The notes under the pieces were generated by a model, which saw nothing but the letters and a program-made list of their open reading frames with translations, was not told the origin of the DNA and made no database searches. From the NCBI GenBank assembly GCA_963817525.1, contig CAWFOU010000001.1:992001-1056000 (forward strand): 64,000 nucleotides of DNA, given 5' to 3'. Position numbers and translations under genes: made by a program. How positions within the stretch are numbered: the first letter of the stretch is position 1; each line of letters opens with the position of its first letter. Origin of the DNA: an uncultured archaeon (lineage in GTDB: Archaea > Thermoproteota > Nitrososphaeria > Nitrososphaerales > Gagatemarchaeaceae). Positions 19,502 through 28,375 of this stretch are shown here, one piece after another.

Positions 19502-19675
19502 CTAATCACTGGCGCCTTTGGGCGGTCCCCGTGGCACGTCCGACGTTAGGGCGCCCGGGGCGACGCCCGCCGAGCAGATCAAGGGGCCAGCACCGCCGGG
19601 TGCGATGCTGGAAAGCGGGCGTTCCAATATTTGTCGTTCTCCGACAAGGTTTTCGTTATTTAAGGGCCTTGAAGT

Positions 19676-19921
19676 TCACGCGGGCGCCCCGCCTTGCTGA
19701 GGGGACTCTGGCTTGCCCCATCGCCCCACCTTGGGGAGGCCCTTCGACCTAAAGAGGGTCATCCCGCGGCGGTATCTCTCGAGCTCCACCTCCACGTAGC
19801 TGATCTCGGAGACGAGGGCTTCGACCTTCTTCTTGTTCTCCTTGCCAGCCTTTAGCGCCTCAAGCTTGTCCTTCCTCTCCTTGAGCATGGAGGTGAGGAG
19901 CTGCTCGTACTCTGTGACCAA
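19676..19921 (-). CDS. Small coiled-coil hypothetical protein
   Basis: Host codon usage and an upstream TTTATA box. Confidence 0.6.
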   Translation of the reverse strand: MVTEYEQLLTSMLKERKDKLEALKAGKENKKKVEALVSEISYVEVELERYRRGMTLFRSKGLPKVGRWGKPESPQQGGAPA

Positions 19922-19980
19922 GGACGAGCGTCTGCCGCGCCATCAAAATCTATAAACCCATCGCCGAGCCTCAGCGGCAG

Positions 19981-20457
19981 ATGCGCTCCAGCCTAGAGGA
20001 CGCGGGGACGGTCAAGGGGCCGGCCCGGAAGGCGCTCGCCGTGGAGGAGGTCGCGTTCTCGGGCCACGCCATGGTGAGGGGCACCCACGAGAAGACGATG
20101 GAGATCACCACAGAGGAGCACCTCACCCCGAGGGGCGACTGCATCATCGGCGTGGGCGCCTCCAAGGGCATCGCCCAGCTGTCGCCTTCCGTCAAGAGGG
20201 CTTTGAAGAGCGACGCGGCTAGGGTGAGGTTCACCATCGTGGCGCCCGGCGGCGAGTACTCGTTCGTAGCTGAGGGGAGCAGGGACCTCTCGTTCGAGAG
20301 CCCGACGGACATGGTCATCAGGAAGAGCAGCTTCGTCTGCGGAAGGACGCTCGCGATACGCGCGGAATCCTCCGCGAGCGAGATACCCCGCGCTCTGTTG
20401 GGAACTTTGAAATCCCCCGGGGCGGTCGGTCTGCTAAGGATAGAAGTCTTCGATTGA
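19981..20457 (+). CDS. DUF371-family archaeal protein
   Basis: GHAMVRGTHEKTMEIT, LTPRGDCIIGV and DMVIRKS. Confidence 0.88.
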   Translation: MRSSLEDAGTVKGPARKALAVEEVAFSGHAMVRGTHEKTMEITTEEHLTPRGDCIIGVGASKGIAQLSPSVKRALKSDAARVRFTIVAPGGEYSFVAEGSRDLSFESPTDMVIRKSSFVCGRTLAIRAESSASEIPRALLGTLKSPGAVGLLRIEVFD

Positions 20458-21425
20458 CCCCCTTCAAGTCGACCGCCAACACGATGCAGGCGCTCGTGAA
20501 GTATCACGGCCTGAAGGACTGGAAGCTGAGGATCCCCTACCACGATAGCATCTCGGTGAACACGACCTCGCTCGGGAGCGAGGTGGTGGTGAGCGAGGCG
20601 GAGGGGGCCAAGGGGGAGCTGCTGGTCGAGGGGAGGAGGAACGAGGACGCGCTCAGGCGCACCGAAAGCGTCTCGAACCAGTTGACGGGAAAGAGGTTCG
20701 AAGACCTCGGCCTCCGCCTCGACTCCGGGAACTTCCCCCACGTGGACGCGAAGGGCCTCGGCTTCTCTTCTTCCGCCGGAGCGGCGGTCGCGATGGCCCT
20801 CTTCCACGCCACGAGGGGGGAGAAGCCCGACTACACGGAGCTCTCGAGGGTCGCCCGCCTATTCGCGGGGTCGGCGTCGAGGACGATGGTGGGAGGGTTC
20901 TCCAGGCTCTACGCGGGGAAGGGCTACGAGGACACGTATGCTGAGAAGTTCGCGGACGAGAGGGACCTCCCGCTGAGGATGGTAATCGTCCCTCTGACTT
21001 CGACCGTGAGGACGGAGGACGCGCACAGAGAGGTCGAGGGCTCCCCGTTCTTCAAGGCCCGGGTCGAGTCGGCCTCGAAGAGGTGCGAGGAGATGGAGAG
21101 GGCGATAAGGGGCGGAGACCTCCGCAAGGTCGGCGAGCTGACCGAGCAGGACACGCTCGAGCTGCACAGCATCACGATGACCGGGACGCACCGGATGGTG
21201 ATAATGAGCCCCGACACGGTGAGGATAATCCAGCGCGTGAGGGAGCTCCGCGACACGGGGGTGGAGGCCTACTTCTCGATGCAGACAGGCCCGTCGGTCT
21301 TCATCAACACGAGCGAGAAGGACGAGGGGAAAGTGAAGAGGGCGGTCGCGAAGATGGGGTACAAGACTGTCCTGTCAGGCGTGGGCAAGCAGGCGAGGAT
21401 AGGCAAGGTCGGCGTCAGCGGTTAA
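20454..21425 (+). CDS. mvaD: (Di)phosphomevalonate decarboxylase, haloarchaeal PMD-like
   Basis: QALVKYHG..RIPYHDSISV, GLGFSSSAGAA and YFSMQTGPSV (GHMP fold). Confidence 0.85.
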   Translation: MTPFKSTANTMQALVKYHGLKDWKLRIPYHDSISVNTTSLGSEVVVSEAEGAKGELLVEGRRNEDALRRTESVSNQLTGKRFEDLGLRLDSGNFPHVDAKGLGFSSSAGAAVAMALFHATRGEKPDYTELSRVARLFAGSASRTMVGGFSRLYAGKGYEDTYAEKFADERDLPLRMVIVPLTSTVRTEDAHREVEGSPFFKARVESASKRCEEMERAIRGGDLRKVGELTEQDTLELHSITMTGTHRMVIMSPDTVRIIQRVRELRDTGVEAYFSMQTGPSVFINTSEKDEGKVKRAVAKMGYKTVLSGVGKQARIGKVGVSG

Positions 21426-21457
21426 TTACCGCCCCAAGATGGTAAGGAGAAGCCGCA

Positions 21458-21673
21458 ATGCCAGGGAAGCCCAAGATGGTAGTAAGGGAGTACCTCGAGC
21501 AGCTCAAGGAGACCCGGAAGGGCAAGCCCCAGCAGATCAGGGACGCGCTCGACATCTACACGGAGATGTGGGACCGGGTCATCGAGAACGGCACGGTCTC
21601 GGCGGAGGACGAGGTGTCCCTCGCCCTGTCAAAGATAGAGAAGGCGGGCGGCCTATACGAGGCCGCGGGCTAG
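21458..21673 (+). CDS. Small hypothetical protein
   Basis: Clean ORF with host codon usage between two genes. Confidence 0.65.
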   Translation: MPGKPKMVVREYLEQLKETRKGKPQQIRDALDIYTEMWDRVIENGTVSAEDEVSLALSKIEKAGGLYEAAG

Positions 21674-21681
21674 CCTCGCGC

Positions 21682-22431
21682 TCAGTGGGTGACTTCGCCG
21701 CCGTCGAGGACGACGCCCTGCCCAGTCATGTAGCTCGACTCGTCGCTCGCCAGGAACACCGCGAGGCTGGCCACCTCGGCCGGCTCCCCGAACCGACCCA
21801 TCGGGATCGAGGAGCGCAGCGCATCCACATCTGCTTCGTCGAACCATTTCAGCCAGCCGGTCTTGATCGACCCCAGAATCATGCAGTTCACCCTGACCTT
21901 GGGGGCGAGGGACTTTGCGAGCATCTTGGTCATCGTAAGGACCGCCCCTTTCCCGCACGCGTAGACGAGGCCTTGGGTGTCTCCCACGAGGACGGGGGTC
22001 GAGGAGACGTTGACTATCGCGCCCCCTTTCGGCATGAGCTTCACCGCGTTCTGGGCGCAGTCGAAGGCCCCGAAGACGTCCACCGAGAAGACCCGGAGCC
22101 ACATGTCCCTCGTGATGTCCTCCAGCTTCGCGTTCCAGATATTCCCGTCGGCTAGGCCGGCGTTGTTGACCAGGACGTCGACCCTCCCGAACTCCTTCTT
22201 GACCTGACTGAAGAGGGCCTTGTTCTCCTCAGGGAGGGCGATGTCAGCCTTCACCGCGATGGACTCCCGCCCCAGCTTCTTGATCTTCGCGACGACCTCC
22301 TCCGCCTCGGCGCGAGAGCTCCGGTAATGGACGGCCACGTCGGCACCCTCCTTCGCGAATGCCAGGGCGATGGAGGCCCCGTTGCCCGTGCTGGAGCCCG
22401 TGACGACCGCGACCTTCCCCAGTAGCCTCAA
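21682..22431 (-). CDS. Short-chain dehydrogenase/reductase (FabG-like)
   Basis: TGSSTGNG, NNAG, YACGK and VLDGG. Confidence 0.92.
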   Translation of the reverse strand: MRLLGKVAVVTGSSTGNGASIALAFAKEGADVAVHYRSSRAEAEEVVAKIKKLGRESIAVKADIALPEENKALFSQVKKEFGRVDVLVNNAGLADGNIWNAKLEDITRDMWLRVFSVDVFGAFDCAQNAVKLMPKGGAIVNVSSTPVLVGDTQGLVYACGKGAVLTMTKMLAKSLAPKVRVNCMILGSIKTGWLKWFDEADVDALRSSIPMGRFGEPAEVASLAVFLASDESSYMTGQGVVLDGGEVTH

Positions 22432-22467
22432 ACCGGAGCGAGAGGCCTTCGCCCCGGACTTAAGTTT

Positions 22468-23040
22468 TTGAGCGGCCGTGTCGGCCGAAGGGTCCCGAGG
22501 AGAAAATCGACGCCGACTTCCCTGCTCGAAGCCTTCCGAAGGAGGCGCTCGCCCCCCGGGTCGCGGCTCGCGGAGATCGGCCTGGCCAAGGGGATGAAGG
22601 TGGCCGACATCGGGGCCGGCTACGGCTACTATGCTATTCCCGCTGCCGAGGCGGTCGGCGGCGACGGGATGGTCTACGCGGTAGAGCCAGACCCGAAGAG
22701 GGGAGAGGAGATCTCGAGCAGGGCGAAGGAGAGGGGGCTCAAGAACGTCAGGGTGCTGGTGACGGGCGGGGAGGACCTGTCTGGCATCCCCACGGGAGAG
22801 GTGGACCTCGCCATGTCGGTGTCGTCATTCCACCACCTCGCCGACCCGCGAAAGGCCCTCGTCGAGCTGAGGAGGGTCGTGAGGCCGGGCGGTCGGGTAT
22901 ACGTGAGGGACATGAAGTCAGGGAGACTCTTCAAGCACGGTAGCAGGAGCGACCAGTTCAGGGCAGCGGTCAGCGGGGAGTTCCCAAACGCCGAGTTCGA
23001 GGAGGGCTCTGGCTACATCGTCGCCAAGGCCGAGCTCTGA
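22468..23040 (+). CDS. Class I SAM-dependent methyltransferase
   Basis: VADIGAGYG, FHH and VRPGG. Confidence 0.88.
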   Translation: MSGRVGRRVPRRKSTPTSLLEAFRRRRSPPGSRLAEIGLAKGMKVADIGAGYGYYAIPAAEAVGGDGMVYAVEPDPKRGEEISSRAKERGLKNVRVLVTGGEDLSGIPTGEVDLAMSVSSFHHLADPRKALVELRRVVRPGGRVYVRDMKSGRLFKHGSRSDQFRAAVSGEFPNAEFEEGSGYIVAKAEL

Positions 23041-23046
23041 AGAGCC

Positions 23047-23571
23047 TCAGGGCCTCGGGGCCCTGTCTCTCGCCGTACCCCCTATCGCGAAGGTCTCGAG
23101 GAACTCCAGGTTGAAGAGCGAAGCCGCCGCGGAGTTGCTCACCAGCTCGTCGCTGTCCTTGAGGGCGGTCTGGAGGGTCTTCTTGGCGGATTGGCTGCCG
23201 ATCGAGCCGAGGGCTGCCGCCGACTCGTGGCGCACTATCGGGTCCTTGTCCTTCAGTGTGGCCTCCTCCAGGCCGCGGACGCCCGACAAGAGCCCGATCT
23301 GCCCCATCGTGAAGGCCGCCTCGTGGCGGACGAGTGGGTCGGGGTCGTGGAGGAGGACGTCCGTGAGCGTCGGGATTGCAGCCTGGCTCCCCAGGTCTGC
23401 GAGGATGGTCACGGCGTGGACCCTCAGGACCAGGCTGGGCTCCTCTTGCATGACCTTGATGAAGAAGGTCTCGTCCCCCTTCTTGAACTCCTCCTCCATC
23501 CGCCTCATCACCTCGAGGCAATGCTTCTTGTCGTCGACGACTACGCTCGTGTACTTCATGGCTCGCGCCAC
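23047..23571 (-). CDS. HEAT/PBS-lyase repeat protein with two His-Glu motifs
   Basis: VRHEAAFTMG and VRHESAAALG repeats. Confidence 0.85.
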   Translation of the reverse strand: MARAMKYTSVVVDDKKHCLEVMRRMEEEFKKGDETFFIKVMQEEPSLVLRVHAVTILADLGSQAAIPTLTDVLLHDPDPLVRHEAAFTMGQIGLLSGVRGLEEATLKDKDPIVRHESAAALGSIGSQSAKKTLQTALKDSDELVSNSAAASLFNLEFLETFAIGGTARDRAPRP

Positions 23572-23608
23572 CCCCCGATGGGCATTCTAATAACGGGAGC
23601 GAGTGGCC

Positions 23609-24247
23609 CTAGAAGAGGGTCAGCGCCGCGGCGAGCGTCCCTAGCTCGGCGGCGTCTTGGGAGTCCGCGCCTACGACTATGATAACGTCCCCCTCCCTCG
23701 GCCCGGCCGCCCTGGCCGCCTTCCATAGGTCTCGGGGCCCGTCCTTCTCGCAGTCGGTCCCCTCCCCTGGGAGCGTGAAGCGGCCCTTCGCGAAGAGCGC
23801 GGTCAGCGCCCCGTTCGCGCCCGCCCTGACCGCCGCGTCCCGCTGCTCTATGCCCTTCCTCACGTTCGCGCCCGCTCCCCTGACCAACACCGCGGCGCAC
23901 TCGGCGCCTATCCCCAGAGACCCGGCCTCCACTTTGGAGGACCACGGAAGCTTCTCCTTGAGCTGTGAGAACTCCCTCAGGCCCTTCCTGCTGAGCTTGC
24001 ACCCGTCGGGCTCGATCACTATGAGGTCATTCTCCTTCAACCGCTTGATGAGCGTCCTCACTTCGCCCTGCCCCAGGCCCACCATGCTCCCGAGCCTCCC
24101 CCTCCCGACCGACCCCGCCGCCCCGATGGCCAGGATGGCCTTCAGGACGTGCACCTCGGAGAAGACCGCGCGCGGGCCCTTGTAGTCCGAGGAGAGGACG
24201 TCTCGCAGGGATTCGAGGGTCAAGGACGATAGAAGGACGGGGCGCAC
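23609..24247 (-). CDS. Archaeal winged-HTH protein (DUF4443/DUF2111-like)
   Basis: GRGRL..LGQGEVRTLIKRL HTH and GIEQRDAAVRAGANGA. Confidence 0.75.
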   Translation of the reverse strand: MRPVLLSSLTLESLRDVLSSDYKGPRAVFSEVHVLKAILAIGAAGSVGRGRLGSMVGLGQGEVRTLIKRLKENDLIVIEPDGCKLSRKGLREFSQLKEKLPWSSKVEAGSLGIGAECAAVLVRGAGANVRKGIEQRDAAVRAGANGALTALFAKGRFTLPGEGTDCEKDGPRDLWKAARAAGPREGDVIIVVGADSQDAAELGTLAAALTLF

Positions 24248-24351
24248 GCCGTATTTCTCCTTTTTTGGGCTTTGAATGGCCGGGCGCTCGACGTGGCCTG
24301 ACGCGCGCGGATGACTATTCTTATACGACCGGAGGATGAGGCGCCTCGGAG

Positions 24352-25032
24352 ATGAACAAGGCGGTCACGATCTCCGGGGCGCTCGTCTGCGCGTCCGGGG
24401 TCGCGATGTTCTTCCTCGTGGGGGCCCTCCACTCCGAGACCTATCGGGCGGCCATCCTGATCTACCAGTACTCCGCGCTGGTCGTGTCGGTGATAGGGGC
24501 CGGCGCCGCGGTCGTCGGCGCGGTGGCGCGGGACGTGCCTCTCCGCACCATCGACACCGAGGGGGTCGCGCGATTCTATTTCCGCCTGGCGCTGGTCAAC
24601 ACGATTGCGGCAGCCCTCTTCGCCGCGCCCCTGCTAGACCCGAAGTTCAAGTTCCCGATACTGATAACCCAGTGGCCCGGCGTCTACATGGTCGTCGCAT
24701 ACACGTTCTTCGTCCTGGTGGGGGTCGTGGGGACGCTCTGCTGGGGGATATTCTTCCACCTCATGCCCAGCATGTTCGACAGGAGCTCAGTCAGGCGGTT
24801 CTGGCTCCTCGCCCAGGTGGTCGTGACCGAGGTGGGCGTCTACGCCCTGGCGATATTCATGTTCCTCGGAGGATACATCGGGGCGTCGCTCAGCTACTCC
24901 GGGGCGGGGGACTTTATCGTCGGCGCGCAGATGGAGGTCGCGGTGATCCCCTCGGCGCTCGGCATCTTCCTGGTTATGTTGGGGACACTGGTAGGGGTGG
25001 CCAACGTCCTCCTTGCGAGGAACGGGACTTAA
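24352..25032 (+). CDS. Membrane protein, WPG family paralog 1 (HCO subunit I repeat-like, plus 2 extra N-terminal TMs)
   Basis: WPGVYMVVAYTFFVLVGVVG..W..MP..TEVGV..GYIG, shared with 49757 and 50490. Confidence 0.75.
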   Translation: MNKAVTISGALVCASGVAMFFLVGALHSETYRAAILIYQYSALVVSVIGAGAAVVGAVARDVPLRTIDTEGVARFYFRLALVNTIAAALFAAPLLDPKFKFPILITQWPGVYMVVAYTFFVLVGVVGTLCWGIFFHLMPSMFDRSSVRRFWLLAQVVVTEVGVYALAIFMFLGGYIGASLSYSGAGDFIVGAQMEVAVIPSALGIFLVMLGTLVGVANVLLARNGT

Positions 25033-25098
25033 GACACGGCGGTCAGAGCAAAGGCTTTATCATAGATTTCAGCGTTAGTCGAATATCGTATATTATCT

Positions 25099-25533
25099 AT
25101 GAATCCAAAAGCCTTAGCTCTGATAGCGGTCATCGTGGTCGCCGTGATCGCGAGCGGCGCATACCTTTCCGGGACCTTCGGGGGGTCGAAGACGAGTTCC
25201 AGCGGTCAGACCATAGACATGCAGGTCATCGGAGGCGTAGGAGTAGGCACCGTCGACACCTACGTCCCCGCAAACTTCACGGTCACAGAGGGGAGGAACG
25301 TCACGCTGGTGATCTTGAACACCGACGACAACAGGCACGGGATAGCGATCCCCCAGTTCGGCCTGAAGAACACCCTCATTCCCCCCGGCGACACGGTCCG
25401 CGTCTCGTTCGTCGCCAACGAGACGGGGGTCTTCAAGTACTCTGAGCCTGCGGGAGACTGCGCGGGAGGCTTCGGCGGCGTCTGCAACAGCGTCCAGCAC
25501 ATGTGGGGCTGGATAACCGTGCTCCCGCCTTAG
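25099..25533 (+). CDS. Membrane-anchored cupredoxin-domain protein
   Basis: N-terminal TM, YVPANFTV..NVTL..HGI..IPPG..G.FKY, C-x7-C-x4-HM. Confidence 0.8.
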   Translation: MNPKALALIAVIVVAVIASGAYLSGTFGGSKTSSSGQTIDMQVIGGVGVGTVDTYVPANFTVTEGRNVTLVILNTDDNRHGIAIPQFGLKNTLIPPGDTVRVSFVANETGVFKYSEPAGDCAGGFGGVCNSVQHMWGWITVLPP

Positions 25534-25561
25534 CCAGATCGAAAGCGCGGGGACCGCTCGG

Positions 25562-26689
25562 CTAGCCCGAGAGGAGGAAGGTCGTGGTCATCTCGGATAT
25601 GCTCGGCTCCGAGCACACAGGCGGGGCAGTGGTTGAGGAGGTCGACCCGGCGCCCAGCGTGGCGCAGATCAGCGAGACGTAATAGTCTGCGGCCGCGTAC
25701 TCCGTCCACGCGAACTGGTCGTCAGGGTTAGCGAGGCTCTCCAAGACCTGCTCGTGGGTCATCGTCGCCAGGGGGAGGAGGGTGGAAGCCGCGGCGGAAG
25801 AGTTGGAAGACGTCGACGAGCTCGACGTCGAGGTCGCCTCTCCAAAGTCCGTCGCGTCCGCGCCGGGGACGTTGTAGCCGCCCCAGACGGTGTACGGGGT
25901 CCCGTCGAAGTTGTTCAAGCCGACCAGGTAGTTAGTGGCCTTCTCGTAGACGGTGTTGTTGGCGTCGATCGCCTGCTGCTGGAAGTATGTCAGGGTCTGC
26001 ATCTGGAACCCCGAGGTTATCGGTGAGGCGTAGTCTATGGAGAGGAAGTTGACGTAGGTGCCGTCGAAGAAGTTGCCAAAGTCGGCGGCGGACGTGGCGT
26101 TGTAAGGGGCCGGAGCCCAGTATATCGTGGGGACGTCCTGGTCACCCCACGAGCTATAGCCCAAGAACAGGTTCTGGAAGACGCCGAACCTGCTGAGGGC
26201 GAGCGCCATCGCCCAGCGGTTCTCGCCGCAGTAGACGCAGGAGATGGCCCCAAGGTAGATGACGGCCGGCTTGCCGTTGACGGTGAAGAGCGGCGCGTTG
26301 ACGACGTCCTGCCCGACCAGGGCCGTGAGGCTGCCGTTCAGGTACATGCGAGCGGCGGTGTCGAAGTAGGAGTCCGGCTCGCTGTTTATCACCGCGAGCT
26401 GGCTCGCGTTCATCGGGACGTTGATGTCGGTGAGCCTGTGCCCGAAGGGCTGCTCGGTCAATATGGGCGGCGCGGCGGCCAGGGAGATGGAGGGGGTAAT
26501 CAGCGGGCCCGTCACGAAGACCGGCCCGAGGGCGGTCGTCGAGGTGCGCGCCTCGGAGATGTCGCGTGTCAGCACCACCGATAGAGCGCCGATGAAGACG
26601 AGGGCCGCGACGCTGAACACCAGGCCCGTGTACGCGGCGAGCTTGATGCCCCTGTAGCCCTTCGCGGGCTCTGACGTGGCGAAGCGCAT
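25562..26689 (-). CDS. DUF929-family thioredoxin-like surface protein
   Basis: N-terminal TM, GKPAVIYLGAISCVYCGENRWA..ALSRFG. Confidence 0.8.
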   Translation of the reverse strand: MRFATSEPAKGYRGIKLAAYTGLVFSVAALVFIGALSVVLTRDISEARTSTTALGPVFVTGPLITPSISLAAAPPILTEQPFGHRLTDINVPMNASQLAVINSEPDSYFDTAARMYLNGSLTALVGQDVVNAPLFTVNGKPAVIYLGAISCVYCGENRWAMALALSRFGVFQNLFLGYSSWGDQDVPTIYWAPAPYNATSAADFGNFFDGTYVNFLSIDYASPITSGFQMQTLTYFQQQAIDANNTVYEKATNYLVGLNNFDGTPYTVWGGYNVPGADATDFGEATSTSSSSTSSNSSAAASTLLPLATMTHEQVLESLANPDDQFAWTEYAAADYYVSLICATLGAGSTSSTTAPPVCSEPSISEMTTTFLLSG

Positions 26690-26751
26690 GTCTAGAGAAA
26701 ACTCGACCCAGTTGTATAAACGATTCTAGCGGAAGGACGAGCTGCGCAGCC

Positions 26752-28167
26752 TCACGCGGCGGGGATAGGCGAAGGCTGCGTCGCGCCGCTACGAGACCGT
26801 GGCGAGGAGGCGCTCATGCGCGGCCCCAGGCTGATCGCCGTGAGGCTCCTCTTCCCGAGGGCGACCATCACCATCGCCGCGCAAGAGACGATCAGGCCGA
26901 GTAGGCCTACCGCCCCCGCGTCTGAGACCAGGCTCGAGAGGGAGGGCGCGTGTGAGCTCAGCACGAACGCGCCACTCGCAGCTCCGCCAGGCACGACCGG
27001 GGAGGGCTCATCAAGCGCGCCGATTGGCCCGCTCCCGGGCCCCGCGATGGGCGCTGCGGCTGGCACCGTGGGCCCACTGCCCTTGAGGTTTGAGAACACA
27101 GGCATCGCCGCGGTCATGCCCAGTCCCCCGGATGCGGACAGGACGTTGATGGTCCCGTTCATCGATTCGCCGGTGTTGAGCGAAGAGTAGTAGAAGTAGC
27201 TACCCGGCGTCGTGAACGTATAGCTATAGACTTGGAACTGGCCGATGGTCGAGGAGTTTGCGCCCGGAATGGTCGTGAATACCACGCTGTGCGTGCCGGG
27301 GCCCGTCGCTCCTCCGCAGGACGATGCAGGGCCGTCAAGATTCTGCCAGTAGACCGTGCCTCCAACCGTGACGTTCAGTGTGGGAGGTAGGAACACGCTG
27401 TTCTCCATCACTACACGATACTGGACGACCCTCAGGTTGAAGGTCGCCGATTGCGAGTTCGCTCCCGAAACCCCCTTGACTGTGATGCTGTCGTTGCCAA
27501 GTGCCGCACTCGTGCTAGCCTCCACCGTCAAGGTCACGTTCAGGGCCGTGGAGCCAGGCAGCGTAACCGGGCTGGCCGGCCCAAACAGCACCGTTATCCC
27601 CGCCGGCGCAGTGCTGGTGAGGGTCACGAGTTCGTTGTTGGGTGCCAACTCGTGGCTAATCCCGAGGACCACCACTTCTGTGTAGCTGCCCGGGGATACC
27701 CATTCGGCGTTGGAGTAGTAGAGCGCGAAGTAGAATCCAAACGACACACCGGAAGACGTCGTCGAATTCGAGGTGCTGGAGGACGTGCTCGAAGTCGAGG
27801 AAGAAGATGAGGTCGAGGACGACGAGCTAGAGGAAGTGGAGGATGAGGTGGAACTGGAAGCTGTCGACGAGCTCGTCGACGCACTCGTGGTAGAGGAGGT
27901 TGACGAGGTCGAAGAGGGCGGCGGCGCAAGGGTGGACGTGGTAGTCGAAGAGGGCGGGGAGGACGTCGTCTGGCTCGAAACCGTCGACGACTGGCTGGCC
28001 GTGGTCTTCGCCGCGCTCGAGCTTACCGCGTAATAACCACCCACCGCCGCTACTATGATTACTACCACAATCGCGGCAATGATCGTGGTGCTGATCGCGC
28101 TCCGTCCCCGGAGGCTGACGAAGGGTCTGCCACTATCCCCTGCGCGTTTTCGGGCCAACTTTTCCAA
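26752..28167 (-). CDS. Surface protein: class III-like signal, S/T linker, Ig-like domain, degenerate plastocyanin domain, C-terminal TM
   Basis: RSA|ISTTII; FLPPTLNVTVGGTVYW..THSV..YTFTTPGSYFYYSS..MNGTINV. Confidence 0.8.
   Translation of the reverse strand: MEKLARKRAGDSGRPFVSLRGRSAISTTIIAAIVVVIIVAAVGGYYAVSSSAAKTTASQSSTVSSQTTSSPPSSTTTSTLAPPPSSTSSTSSTTSASTSSSTASSSTSSSTSSSSSSSTSSSSSTSSTSSSTSNSTTSSGVSFGFYFALYYSNAEWVSPGSYTEVVVLGISHELAPNNELVTLTSTAPAGITVLFGPASPVTLPGSTALNVTLTVEASTSAALGNDSITVKGVSGANSQSATFNLRVVQYRVVMENSVFLPPTLNVTVGGTVYWQNLDGPASSCGGATGPGTHSVVFTTIPGANSSTIGQFQVYSYTFTTPGSYFYYSSLNTGESMNGTINVLSASGGLGMTAAMPVFSNLKGSGPTVPAAAPIAGPGSGPIGALDEPSPVVPGGAASGAFVLSSHAPSLSSLVSDAGAVGLLGLIVSCAAMVMVALGKRSLTAISLGPRMSASSPRSRSGATQPSPIPAA
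27760..28025 (-). repeat. Ser/Thr-rich low-complexity linker coding region
   Basis: Runs of TCN/ACN codons within CDS 26752-28167. Confidence 0.8.
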
Positions 28168-28375
28168 GAGTCACTATCCTTTTGGATGCTTATATGATTT
28201 CCCACTGGGAAGAGGCCAACAACGCGACAATGCGGCGCCGAGGAGTTCGCCCAAGGGTCTTCGAAGTTCTGACGAAATTCACCATATTGGTGGACGCTTG
28301 AGCCAAAAGGTCTCTATTCGAGGTTGAGGCGTCTGATAGCAACGCCTAATTAGAGCTCTCCCCCTTTGGCCCGAC

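Noticed and set aside
27773-28033. Very acidic E/D/V-repeat ORF on the plus strand
   Set aside because: It is the antisense shadow of the Ser/Thr linker.
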